In this document: positions 50,139 through 59,385 of the stretch, in pieces
Layout of the letters: every line of letters begins with the position of its first letter
Numbering within the stretch: position 1 is the stretch's first letter
NCBI RefSeq assembly: GCF_030151085.1
Contig: NZ_JASLER010000069.1
Location: 4,830-68,829, forward strand
Length of the DNA stretch: 64,000 nt
Direction of reading: 5' to 3'
Origin: Bacteroides sp.
GTDB lineage: Bacteria > Bacteroidota > Bacteroidia > Bacteroidales > Bacteroidaceae
Position numbers and translations under genes: made by a program
Notes under the pieces: generated by a model
What the model saw: only the letters and a program-made list of their open reading frames with translations
What the model was told of the DNA's origin: nothing
Database searches by the model: none

Positions 50139-51152
50139 ATGAAAGTAACTGTCTATCCTCACTCTATCAATCGAGGTGATATACGTACCAACCCGTACAT
50201 CAGCGATTTCATCCTTGCCTTGAAGCAGAACGGGGTAAGCATCGCCAATCCGCCACATAAGAATCCGTTGTTCAGCCTACTTCCAATGAAGACGGATAGT
50301 GACGCGTATATATTTCATTGGCTGGAGAATGTTCCCGATTACAAATACGGGCTATTACAAACAATCGCTGCCATTTGGCTCATAGCAAGGATAAAGCTAA
50401 AGCATAAGAAGTTAGTGTGGTTCCTGCACAACAAGCAACCGCACCTTGTCAAGCATAAATATTTGAAAGACCTATTAATAGGCTTATTACTGCGCAAAGC
50501 CGACTTTATTGTAACACATGCCACAGAAGGCATAGAAACCGTAAAGAAGCTATATCCGGCAGCCGTTTCACGTGTCATCTTTCTCCATCATCCTACCAAG
50601 AACAGGCTAGCGGACGATAATCTTACTCCCCCTCCTCCTGAAACAGACTTACTAATATGGGGAAACATTTCACGCTATAAAGGTGTGCCCGAGTTTATCC
50701 GGTTTGCCACAGAGAAGCAACTTCCTCTGCAAACTAAAATTATCGGTAAATGCAGTTCAAGCGACTTGTTCGAAGAACTGACTCCATATACCGGCAAACG
50801 TATTGTACTCGAAAACCGAAGCATCACCTTCAACGAACTAAAGAAGGAGATACAAACCTCCCGCTTCGTCTTGATACCTTATGCCGCAGAATCCATCCTG
50901 AGTTCAGGCATCCTGATGGACTCATTATCTTTCGGTGCCAAGGTGATAGGTCCCAATGTGGGTTCTTTCCGCGATTATGCCGGAGAGGAGTTGCTCAAAG
51001 TTTACACCTTCAACACATTCGAAGACATACTTGCCATTGTCCGTAATGAGTGCGAACCTATTAATATAGAGAATTACCGGAGCTTCCTCAACAATCACAG
51101 TTGGGAGAATTTCATGCAGCAGTTCTGCCAATTACTAACCACTAATCACTAA
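50139..51152 (+). CDS. Glycosyltransferase (GT-B fold, GT4-like)
   Basis: WFLHNKQPH, WGNISRYKGV, LIPY...SSGILMDSLSFG. Confidence 0.75.
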   Translation: MKVTVYPHSINRGDIRTNPYISDFILALKQNGVSIANPPHKNPLFSLLPMKTDSDAYIFHWLENVPDYKYGLLQTIAAIWLIARIKLKHKKLVWFLHNKQPHLVKHKYLKDLLIGLLLRKADFIVTHATEGIETVKKLYPAAVSRVIFLHHPTKNRLADDNLTPPPPETDLLIWGNISRYKGVPEFIRFATEKQLPLQTKIIGKCSSSDLFEELTPYTGKRIVLENRSITFNELKKEIQTSRFVLIPYAAESILSSGILMDSLSFGAKVIGPNVGSFRDYAGEELLKVYTFNTFEDILAIVRNECEPINIENYRSFLNNHSWENFMQQFCQLLTTNH

Positions 51153-51160
51153 TCACTATC

Positions 51161-52363
51161 ATGAAAGTCCTTTTTACATTCGGTGGAATACCACACTACC
51201 TCAACGCTATGCTGAACAAGCTGCATGCGAAAGGAATAGAGATTACAGTTATTACCCCACAGAAAGGCAACGCCACCATCGGTAAAGGCGTAAAGATGGT
51301 GGAAGGTGGTACTTACAAGCACCTCACCACTCCTGAGAAAAAGATGTTCTATGGGAAAACCGCTTACCCCGCTTTGCCTGAGATTGTACTCCAAGAAAAG
51401 CCTGATATAGTAGTGATGGGATGGCCTTATTTCCTACAAGTATTTTTCCAACCTCGGCTGAGGAAGGCAATGAAGAAATGTGGCTCACGTCTGGTAATTC
51501 GTGAGATACCTTTTCAGACGCCCCCTTACGGAAGAATAAAGGAATATTTCCGTGAAAATCCCATGTATGACGAAAGCATGCGCTTAATGAGTCAGGGCAA
51601 AGCTTTCTACCTCCGCCAATGGCTGACGGCATTCGTTCGTAAGTATTGCTATGCCCGGGTGGCGGGTACACTCAACTATTCCACTGCCGCTTATGATATT
51701 ATCCCCTCTTACGGAGTAGATAAAAAACAGATACATGTCACTTACAACTCTACAGACACCGAAGCTCTACTTGCCGAGAAAGAATCTGTATTGGCTTCCG
51801 AGCCACTGCTGCCAAAGTCAGAGAGACGATTGCTACACATCGGTCGCTTGGTAAAATGGAAACGGGTGGACCTGCTTATCGACGCCTTCGCCCATATAGT
51901 AAAAAGTTATCCTGATGCCGAACTACTGATTGTAGGCGATGGCCCTGAACTGGATAATCTGAAACGGCAGACAACCAATCTACATCTCGCAGATTACGTC
52001 CGTTTCACTGGTGCCGTATACGACCCGAAAACACTGGGAGCCTATATGAACGAATCTACAGTGTATGCACTGGCAGGTATGGGAGGACTTTCCATCAATG
52101 ATGCCATGACATACGGTCTTCCTGTTCTTTGTTCGGTTTGCGATAGTACGGAACGGGATCTAGTTATAGATGGCAAGAATGGCTATTTCTTCCGTGAAGG
52201 TGACGTGGAAAGCTTAGCAGAAAAGATAGATCAACTGTTTGCCTCCCCCGACCGTTGCCGGGAGATGGGACAAGAGTCGGAAAAGATAATCCGTAAAAAG
52301 ATAAATATAGATACGGTAAGCGAAAGATACCTGAAGGCTTTCAAAGAGATTATGAACTCATAA
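51161..52363 (+). CDS. Glycosyltransferase family 4
   Basis: HIGRLVKWKRVDLLI, LLIVGDGP, GGLSINDAM, DGKNGY. Confidence 0.88.
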   Translation: MKVLFTFGGIPHYLNAMLNKLHAKGIEITVITPQKGNATIGKGVKMVEGGTYKHLTTPEKKMFYGKTAYPALPEIVLQEKPDIVVMGWPYFLQVFFQPRLRKAMKKCGSRLVIREIPFQTPPYGRIKEYFRENPMYDESMRLMSQGKAFYLRQWLTAFVRKYCYARVAGTLNYSTAAYDIIPSYGVDKKQIHVTYNSTDTEALLAEKESVLASEPLLPKSERRLLHIGRLVKWKRVDLLIDAFAHIVKSYPDAELLIVGDGPELDNLKRQTTNLHLADYVRFTGAVYDPKTLGAYMNESTVYALAGMGGLSINDAMTYGLPVLCSVCDSTERDLVIDGKNGYFFREGDVESLAEKIDQLFASPDRCREMGQESEKIIRKKINIDTVSERYLKAFKEIMNS

Positions 52364-52389
52364 ATGAGTTATTACGGTTTTAGAAAGGA

Positions 52390-52486
52390 GTGGTAAGGTG
52401 GTAAGGTGATAGGGTGATAAAGTAGCTGCGCTATATATCGCAAAGTGTTATCCCGATATCACTTTATCACTCTACCACCCTATCAC
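52390..52486. repeat. Inverted array of 8-bp units between convergent genes (probable bidirectional terminator)
   Basis: GTGGTAAG-GTGGTAAG-GTGATAGG-GTGATAAA versus TATCAC-TTTATCAC-TCTACCAC-CCTATCAC. Confidence 0.65.
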
Positions 52487-52515
52487 ATTTTGCTCATAAC
52501 CCTTCTGAAATGTAG

Positions 52516-53646
52516 TTACTTTCTCAGCGCCGCCATTATTCTTTCGCAAGCCTGCCCATCTCCATACGGATTATGAGTTTCGGACATCTGCTGATATACT
52601 TCTTTATCACGCAATAGTTCCGTCACATTCTTCACGATGGCATCGGCATCTGTACCAACCAATTTCACGGTACCCGCTTCTACAGCTTCGGGGCGTTCGG
52701 TGGTGTTTCTCATTACTAAAACAGGCTTTCCCAATGAGGGAGCTTCTTCCTGCACACCGCCACTATCCGTCAGCAGTAACACAGAATGCTGCATGGCATA
52801 GATAAACGGCAGATAATCCAACGGAGAAATAAGAAACACATTCTCAAGACCGGAAAGAAGTTCGTAAACGGGCTTCTGCACATTAGGATTAAGATGCACC
52901 GGATAGACAATATCCATATCAGGATGGGAAGAGGCGATTTCCTTAATTGCCCGGCAGATATGCAGGAATCCTTCACCAAAATTCTCACGGCGATGCCCGG
53001 TTACCAATATGTAGGGGCGATTGCCAACCGTATACCCTTTTGTACGAAGTTCTTCATGCAATTGTTCTTTCACGCCCGGCTTATGAGCAATGATATCGAC
53101 AGCCATCAGCAGAGCATCAATAACCGTATTGCCGGTTACGGATATTTTGTCATCCTCAATATTCTCATGCAAGAGGTTCTGGCGTGACTTATCCGTGGGA
53201 GCGAAGTAATACGTACAGATCCGGTCGGTTACCTGACGGTTCATTTCCTCGGGCCAAGGCGAAAGCATATCGTATGTACGCAATCCGGCTTCGACGTGCC
53301 CTACGGGTATTTGCTGGTAGAAAGCAGCAAGAGAGGCTGCCATCGAAGTGGTAGTATCGCCATGTACCAATACTACGTCAGGTTGAAAGTCCTTCAGGAC
53401 ATCGCGCAAACCTAGCAGTACTTTGGAAGTGATATCATACAAGTCCTGATTGGGCGCCATGATATTAAGGTCGTATTCGGGCGTTATCTCAAATACTTCC
53501 AGCACCTGATCCAGCATTTGGCGATGCTGGGCGGTGACGCATACTTTGGTTTCAAAATGAGCCGAATCCTTTTGCAAGGCTTTCACTAGCGGAGCCATCT
53601 TGATAGCTTCGGGACGGGTTCCGAAAACGAGTAATATCTTTTTCAT
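52516..53646 (-). CDS. wecB: UDP-N-acetylglucosamine 2-epimerase (non-hydrolysing)
   Basis: [52 protein letters not shown]. Confidence 0.97.
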   Translation of the reverse strand: MKKILLVFGTRPEAIKMAPLVKALQKDSAHFETKVCVTAQHRQMLDQVLEVFEITPEYDLNIMAPNQDLYDITSKVLLGLRDVLKDFQPDVVLVHGDTTTSMAASLAAFYQQIPVGHVEAGLRTYDMLSPWPEEMNRQVTDRICTYYFAPTDKSRQNLLHENIEDDKISVTGNTVIDALLMAVDIIAHKPGVKEQLHEELRTKGYTVGNRPYILVTGHRRENFGEGFLHICRAIKEIASSHPDMDIVYPVHLNPNVQKPVYELLSGLENVFLISPLDYLPFIYAMQHSVLLLTDSGGVQEEAPSLGKPVLVMRNTTERPEAVEAGTVKLVGTDADAIVKNVTELLRDKEVYQQMSETHNPYGDGQACERIMAALRK

Positions 53647-53697
53647 TTACGATGGACGATTTACGATGGACGATTGGAATTACTTTGGAATTGGCTG

Positions 53698-54900
53698 CTA
53701 CTTGCGTACTCCGCAGAAGTCGAGCTCCAGCTTTTCTTCCTTGCGAGGCAGTTCTACGAACGGGGTATGGCGTACAAGCCAAACGATAATATCAGCTTTC
53801 TGATAAGCTTCCTTATAATCTGTTATATGGAAGCTGGGGTGTGAAGTGATATTAGGCTCTACTATCAGTACATCAGCACGGCTTTCGCTGACTATTCGAG
53901 AAGCAATATACTTGGCGGGAGATTCACGAAGGTCGTCGATATTCGGCTTGAAAGCAAGACCCATACAAGCTACTATCGGCTCACGCTCGTACTTCTCGAC
54001 AAAACGTTGGCAAGATTCCAATACTTTGTTGGCACACCAATCGGCTTTATAGTCGTTCGTTTCACGGGCACGCTTGATGAGTTGCGCCTGTTCGGGATAA
54101 TCGGATACAATGAACCAAGGGTCTACGGCAATGCAATGGCCGCCTACTCCGCAACCGGGTTGCAGGATATTGACACGAGGATGTTTGTTGGCAAGTTCTA
54201 TCAACTCCCATACATTGATACCGGCTTTATCACAAATCATGGAGAGCTCGTTGGCAAAAGCAATCTGAGAATCACGGCTGGAGTTCTCCGTCAACTTACA
54301 CATCTCGGCGGTACGGGCATTCGTGCGATGCAGTTTACCTTGAACGAAAGCAGAGTAGAATTCAATCGCCTTATCGGTAGATGCGGGATTGATACCACCG
54401 ATTACACGGTCGTTGTGCACCAGTTCGTAGAGGGTATTGCCCGGCAGTACACGTTCGGGACAATAAGCAATGTATATTTGGTCTTTCAACTCAGGGCGCT
54501 GCTGGAAGATAAGTTCGGCCATACGCTCGGTTGTGAATACCGGAGAAGTGGATTCTATCACAAACAAATCTCCCGGCTTCAGGCAAGGGATTACGGCACG
54601 GGTAGCCGATTCTACGTATGTGATGTCTGCGCGATGGTTTTGTTTGAAGGGTGTGGGCACTACCACGAAGAAAGCGTCTGCCGGTTCAGGTCGGGTCACG
54701 GCACGTAGATGACCGCTTTGTACTGCCTCTTTGACAATCTTATCCAAGTCCGGTTCTACAATATGCACTTTACCTTGATTGACGGTTTCTACCACCGATG
54801 GATTTACATCCACACCCACCACTTCGAAACCATGATGAGCAGCGACCGCTGCCGTAGGCAGGCCTATGTAGCCCAAACCTATAAATACAACCTTCTTCAT
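53698..54900 (-). CDS. wecC: UDP-N-acetyl-D-mannosamine dehydrogenase
   Basis: GLGYIGLPTA, VPTP, CPERVLPG, AEMCKLTENS, GVGGHCIAVDPWF, GLAFKPNIDDLRESPA; paired with wecB. Confidence 0.95.
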   Translation of the reverse strand: MKKVVFIGLGYIGLPTAAVAAHHGFEVVGVDVNPSVVETVNQGKVHIVEPDLDKIVKEAVQSGHLRAVTRPEPADAFFVVVPTPFKQNHRADITYVESATRAVIPCLKPGDLFVIESTSPVFTTERMAELIFQQRPELKDQIYIAYCPERVLPGNTLYELVHNDRVIGGINPASTDKAIEFYSAFVQGKLHRTNARTAEMCKLTENSSRDSQIAFANELSMICDKAGINVWELIELANKHPRVNILQPGCGVGGHCIAVDPWFIVSDYPEQAQLIKRARETNDYKADWCANKVLESCQRFVEKYEREPIVACMGLAFKPNIDDLRESPAKYIASRIVSESRADVLIVEPNITSHPSFHITDYKEAYQKADIIVWLVRHTPFVELPRKEEKLELDFCGVRK

Positions 54901-54926
54901 TATATATATGTGATTCTAAGTTGCCG

Positions 54927-54984
54927 CAAAAGTACAAATAATATGTGACTTTGTACCGTTTATCGGCGAAAACCACTACTTTTG
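54927..54984. promoter_or_regulatory. Back-to-back promoters for wecC-wecB and the downstream glycosyltransferases
   Basis: TACTTTTG on minus strand (54927-54934) and on plus strand (54977-54984). Confidence 0.6.
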
Positions 54985-55041
54985 CATCAAGTAATTGGCC
55001 CCTGATTGTCAAATCTAAATTCTCAATTATCAATTTACCAG

Positions 55042-56304
55042 ATGAGAGTACTACTGATAAATACCTCCGAACAGACTGGCGGAGCCGCCATTGCTGCCAG
55101 GCGCCTGATGGAATCACTCCATGCAGCAGGAACAGATGCCCGAATGTTAGTTCTGCACAAAGAGAGCAATTCATCCCAAGTACTATCGGTAGGAAGAAAT
55201 TGGCAAAAGAAATACACTTTTCTATGGGAACGACTGGTTATCTGGACTAATAATCTTTTCAGTAGGAAAAACCTGTTTACAGTATCTATAGCCAATACCG
55301 GCTTTAATATCACGAAACTGCCGGCATTTCAGGAGGCCGACATCATTCATCTGCATTGGATAAATCAGGGAATGCTCTCTATCGACAATATCCGCGAAAT
55401 CTTCCAATCGGGGAAAACCATCGTCTGGACCATGCACGACATGTGGGAATGTACAGCTATCTGCCATCATTCATACACTTGCGAGCTTTTTAAAAGCGAA
55501 TGCAGGAACTGCCCATTCCTACGCTTTCCTAGCAGAAATGATTTAGCACACCGGGTATTCAAGAAGAAACACAAACTTTTCCAAGATGCCTGCATACACA
55601 TAGTTACAGTCAGCACATGGCTTTCGGAACAAGTCCGGCAAAGCGCCTTGCTCAAAGAGAAAAGCATTTCTGTGATACCCAACACGCTCTCGGATACAGA
55701 TTTCCTGATGATGGACAAGAAAGAATCCCGAAAAGATTTATCTCTTCCCAACAAACGGCTCATCGCATTTGGTGCTGCTCGTATTGACGATCCTATCAAA
55801 GGCTTCGACCATCTGCTACAGTCCATTCAACTATTGATCGATCGGAAAGTCTTTCTAAAAGAAGAACTGCACCTGCTTTTATTCGGCAAAATCAAGCAAG
55901 CAGATAAGGTTCTTGCTTCTATTCCCGTCAGCTATACCTATTTCGGGAGAACAGGAAGCACAAAAAAGCTTTCACAAATATATTCGGCGGCAGATATTAC
56001 TGTTTCCGCCTCTTTTTATGAAACATTCGGGCAGATCTTAATCGAAGCGCAAGCCTGCGGATGCATACCTGTATCATTCGGGAACAGTGGACAAACGGAC
56101 ATTATACAGCACCAAAAGAATGGTTATTTAGCAGATTACTTATCTGTTGAAAGTTTAGCCGAAGGCATTGAATGGGGACTGATAAAAGGGCAAAGTGACC
56201 TCTCTAAAGAAGAGTTGCGAAACGATGTATTCAGGAGGTATTCTGGCCGTGTGGTTGCTAATCAATACCTTAGCCTCTATCAAAAGCTAAAAAAGAAAGA
56301 GTAA
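55042..56304 (+). CDS. Glycosyltransferase family 4 (WcaC-like)
   Basis: ATG at 55042 gives MRVLLINTSEQTGGAAIAARRL; IIHLHWINQG, WTMHDMW, ETFGQILIEAQACG. Confidence 0.88.
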   Translation: MRVLLINTSEQTGGAAIAARRLMESLHAAGTDARMLVLHKESNSSQVLSVGRNWQKKYTFLWERLVIWTNNLFSRKNLFTVSIANTGFNITKLPAFQEADIIHLHWINQGMLSIDNIREIFQSGKTIVWTMHDMWECTAICHHSYTCELFKSECRNCPFLRFPSRNDLAHRVFKKKHKLFQDACIHIVTVSTWLSEQVRQSALLKEKSISVIPNTLSDTDFLMMDKKESRKDLSLPNKRLIAFGAARIDDPIKGFDHLLQSIQLLIDRKVFLKEELHLLLFGKIKQADKVLASIPVSYTYFGRTGSTKKLSQIYSAADITVSASFYETFGQILIEAQACGCIPVSFGNSGQTDIIQHQKNGYLADYLSVESLAEGIEWGLIKGQSDLSKEELRNDVFRRYSGRVVANQYLSLYQKLKKKE

Positions 56305-56308
56305 CAGA

Positions 56309-57574
56309 ATGAGAATACTACTTATAAACACTACAGAAAAAAGAGGCGGACCAGCCGTTGCTGCCGGCCGTCTCATGGAATCGCTCAAGAACCACGGTAT
56401 CAAAGCCAAGTTATTGGTGCGCAACAAGCAGACCGACCAAATCACCGTCGTGTCACTGGACCAGAGCTGGCGGATGGTATGGAAGTTCGTTTGGGAGCGT
56501 ATCGTTATCTGGAAAGCAAACCATTTCAATAAAGAAAATATCTTCGCAGTCGATATAGCCAATACCGGAACCGACATCACCTCCCTGCCCGAATTCCAGC
56601 AGGCGGATGTCATTCATCTGCACTGGATAAACCAAGGCATGCTTTCCTTGAAGAATATCGAGAAGATACTAGCCTCCGGCAAGCCCGTAGTATGGACTAT
56701 GCACGATATGTGGCCCTGTACCGGCATCTGCCACTATGCACGCGAATGCGTCAACTACCAGACAGAGTGCCATAACTGCCCCTTCATTCATGGAGGCAGT
56801 GGCAAGAAAGACCTCTCCTACCGCACTTTCCACAAGAAAAAAGAGTTATTTAAAAGTAGACACATCAGCTTCGTCACATGTAGCCACTGGCTGGAAGGGC
56901 TCGCTAAAAAGAGCGCCTTACTGGACGGACACACAGTGACCTGCATTCCGAACCCCATCAATACGAACCTCTTCAAGCCCCGTAACAAGAAAGATGCCCG
57001 TAGCAAACTCCATCTTCCGCAAGATAAGAAGTTGATACTGTTCGGCTCGATGAAGATTACGGATAAGCGCAAAGGCATCGACTATTTAGTGGATTCGTGT
57101 AAACTACTGGCAGAGAAACACCCGGAACTGAAAGAGCAACTGGGCGTTGTCGTCTTCGGCAACCATTCCGAGCAGTTGGAAAACTTGCTGCCCTTTAAAG
57201 TATATCCGTTCAGTTTTGTAAACAACGAGCACCAGCTGGTGGACATCTACAACTCCGTAGACATCCTCGCCGCCCCTTCGCTAGAAGAGAATCTGCCGAA
57301 CACCATCATGGAGGCAATGGCTTGCGGCATACCATGCATCGGGTTCAACGTTGGCGGCATTCCGGAGATGATTGACCACCTGCACAACGGCTACGTGGCA
57401 CAATACAAATCATCCCCAGATCTTGCCAACGGCATCTACTGGATGCTCACCGACCCCGATTATCCGAACCTCTCCGAGCAGGCTTGCCGCAAAGCAGTAG
57501 CCCACTATTCGGAAAACATCATCGCGAAGAAATACATCGATCTCTATAATAAAGTAACCGGAAGAAATGCGTAA
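56309..57574 (+). CDS. Glycosyltransferase family 4 (WcaC-like), paralogue of the upstream gene
   Basis: MRILLINTTEKRGGPAVAAGRL, VIHLHWINQG, WTMHDMW, ENLPNTIMEAMACG. Confidence 0.9.
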   Translation: MRILLINTTEKRGGPAVAAGRLMESLKNHGIKAKLLVRNKQTDQITVVSLDQSWRMVWKFVWERIVIWKANHFNKENIFAVDIANTGTDITSLPEFQQADVIHLHWINQGMLSLKNIEKILASGKPVVWTMHDMWPCTGICHYARECVNYQTECHNCPFIHGGSGKKDLSYRTFHKKKELFKSRHISFVTCSHWLEGLAKKSALLDGHTVTCIPNPINTNLFKPRNKKDARSKLHLPQDKKLILFGSMKITDKRKGIDYLVDSCKLLAEKHPELKEQLGVVVFGNHSEQLENLLPFKVYPFSFVNNEHQLVDIYNSVDILAAPSLEENLPNTIMEAMACGIPCIGFNVGGIPEMIDHLHNGYVAQYKSSPDLANGIYWMLTDPDYPNLSEQACRKAVAHYSENIIAKKYIDLYNKVTGRNA

Positions 57575-58316
57575 CCACCATCACACCCCGAAGTTCAGCA
57601 TCATCACCGTGACTTACAATGCCGAATCGGTATTGGAGGACACCCTGCAAAGCGTTATCTCCCAAACCTACCATCATATGGAGTACATCATCATAGACGG
57701 CGCTTCCAAAGATAGCACCCTCTCCATCATAAACCGATATAAAGATCGGATAACGAAAGTCATCAGCGAACCCGACAAAGGTCTTTACGACGCCATGAAC
57801 AAGGGAATGAAACAAGCAACCGGTGATTATCTGTGTTTCCTCAATGCCGGCGACAGCTTCCATGAGGATGATACTTTGCAGCAAATAGTACATACCATCA
57901 CCGAGAGTGAACTGCCTGACGTATTGTACGGTGAAACCGCCTTAGTAAACAACGAACGGCATTTCCTCCGCATGCGTCGCCTCTCCACCCCGGAAGTGTT
58001 GACTTGGAAAAGCTTCAAACAAGGTATGCTGGTTTGCCACCAGGCATTCTTCGCCAAAACATCCCTGGCAGAACCTTACGACCTGCAATACCGCTTCTCT
58101 GCCGATTTCGACTGGTGCATCCGTGTCATGAAGAAAGCGCGGACACTACACAACACCCATCTCACTATCATAGATTATCTGGAAGAAGGAATGACCACAC
58201 AGAACCGGAAAGCGTCACTCAAAGAACGTTTCCGAATCATGGCACGGCATTACGGAATGATAAGTACAGTAGCCCATCATGCGTGGTTCGTACTGCGGGC
58301 TGTTATGAAGAAGTAA
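57567..58316 (+). CDS. Glycosyltransferase family 2 (WcaE-like)
   Basis: SIITVTYNA, IIIDGASKD, SEPDKGLYDAMNKG, FLNAGD, CHQAFF, SADFDW. Confidence 0.9.
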   Translation: MRNHHHTPKFSIITVTYNAESVLEDTLQSVISQTYHHMEYIIIDGASKDSTLSIINRYKDRITKVISEPDKGLYDAMNKGMKQATGDYLCFLNAGDSFHEDDTLQQIVHTITESELPDVLYGETALVNNERHFLRMRRLSTPEVLTWKSFKQGMLVCHQAFFAKTSLAEPYDLQYRFSADFDWCIRVMKKARTLHNTHLTIIDYLEEGMTTQNRKASLKERFRIMARHYGMISTVAHHAWFVLRAVMKK

Positions 58317-58337
58317 CTCATTCATCCCCGTTTTTTT

Positions 58338-58420
58338 CCGGCACCGAGAAAGACCTTGTTCCCCGGTGTCGAGCAAGGGGTTCCCCGGTGCCGAACCCTA
58401 CCTTCCCCGGTGTCGGAGAA
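58338..58420. repeat. 22-bp-period repeat array (TTCCCCGGTG) with one inverted copy
   Basis: TTCCCCGGTG at 58359, 58381, 58403; inverted CCGGCACCGAGAA at 58338. Confidence 0.7.
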
Positions 58421-58518
58421 ACACCCCACTCAGGAGGTATCCTGACGGGGGATAGTTCATAAGAGAGAGAACTATATTAAATTTAAACATTATCACATCT
58501 GATCATGACTCTGTTTGA

Positions 58519-58606
58519 ATATATATCCGGCTTACAGGACATATACATCCAACGTGCTGCATATATACATGCAGCATGCTGGATGTATATATGCAACACG
58601 TTGCAA
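58519..58606. repeat. 22-bp-period degenerate palindromic array
   Basis: Units starting 58519, 58541, 58563, 58585 (e.g. ATATACATCCAACGTGCTGCAT, ATATACATGCAGCATGCTGGAT). Confidence 0.65.
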
Positions 58607-58872
58607 GTTAACTTCCAGTAATTCAGAAAAAGAAGACGAAACAATCTTTCATTGTTTTTCTAATTATAAAAATGTATATTTGCGTCCAAATACTAAGTAT
58701 CAATATGTAAAACCCCTTTTTAATAAGAAGCAGATACATATCTAATCATATTATATAAGTATGCCTCGCTAAGCGTTGCAACTTACAGTGTTTTATTAAA
58801 TGAATGTAATTAATTCAATATAACCGGAAAAGCGTTTCCATTCTTAAACTTATTAGAAATTGAGCTTTGGCT

Positions 58873-59030
58873 CTTATTCTCTATTTCCGAAACCGCCAAA
58901 ATGAAGTAAGTGAGAATAAGTGAGTGAAGGTTCACGCTGTATGGGCGTGGACTGTTCGTACTTATTTACTTACGGGGTGCTTGGCGGTACCTGGAAATAG
59001 AATAAGTCGAATGGTTCCGCCTTTTTTTAT
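58873..59030 (+). promoter_or_regulatory. Long rod-like RNA hairpin in the 5' leader of the XRE/pilin unit (candidate cis-regulatory RNA)
   Basis: Nested pairings CTATTTCC/GGAAATAG, ACCGCCAA/TTGGCGGT, GTAAGT/ACTTAC, AATAAGT/ACTTATT, TTCACGC/GCGTGGA; T-run near 59022-59028; TATATTTG promoter at 58675. Confidence 0.55.
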
Positions 59031-59041
59031 ACAGCTGACCT

Positions 59042-59254
59042 ATGATTCACATCGGACATCTCATTGAAGAAGAGCTACTGCGGCAAGAACGATCCGCCGG
59101 ATGGCTTGCCGGAAAACTGTACTGTGACAGGACGAATATCTATAAGATATTCAAGCGCGAAAGCATCGACACCGACTTGCTTCTACGCATATCTAAAGCT
59201 CTTAACCACAACTTCTTCTACCACTACAGCAACTCATTGACTTGCGATTCGTGA
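59042..59254 (+). CDS. Small XRE-family helix-turn-helix protein
   Basis: 70 aa MIHIGHLIEEEL...WLAGKLYCDRTNIYKIFKRESIDTDLLLRISKALNHNFF. Confidence 0.85.
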   Translation: MIHIGHLIEEELLRQERSAGWLAGKLYCDRTNIYKIFKRESIDTDLLLRISKALNHNFFYHYSNSLTCDS

Positions 59255-59275
59255 TCTTGAAGACCACTAATTATC

Positions 59276-59320
59276 TTATACTATCTGCAACCTCCCAAGA
59301 GGAGAATGCAGATAGTATAA
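59276..59320. terminator. Perfect 14-bp inverted repeat between the XRE and pilin genes
   Basis: TTATACTATCTGCA (59276-59289) / TGCAGATAGTATAA (59307-59320). Confidence 0.5.
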
Positions 59321-59385
59321 ATTATTTCTTCTCCATTACTTAGAATAAAAGATGTTTAATAATAGTTTAAGAAACAGATGAAATC

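Noticed and set aside
47497..58316. Capsular polysaccharide locus
   Set aside because: No upxY/upxZ, wzy, wza/wzc or initiating transferase; metG linkage fits the O-glycosylation locus better
58515..58745. 76-aa ORF
   Set aside because: Translation of the 22-bp repeat array, running across a predicted promoter
58983..58994. ops-like GGCGGTA element
   Set aside because: Only a partial match to the enterobacterial ops consensus, no NusG paralogue nearby, and the bases are explained by hairpin pairing
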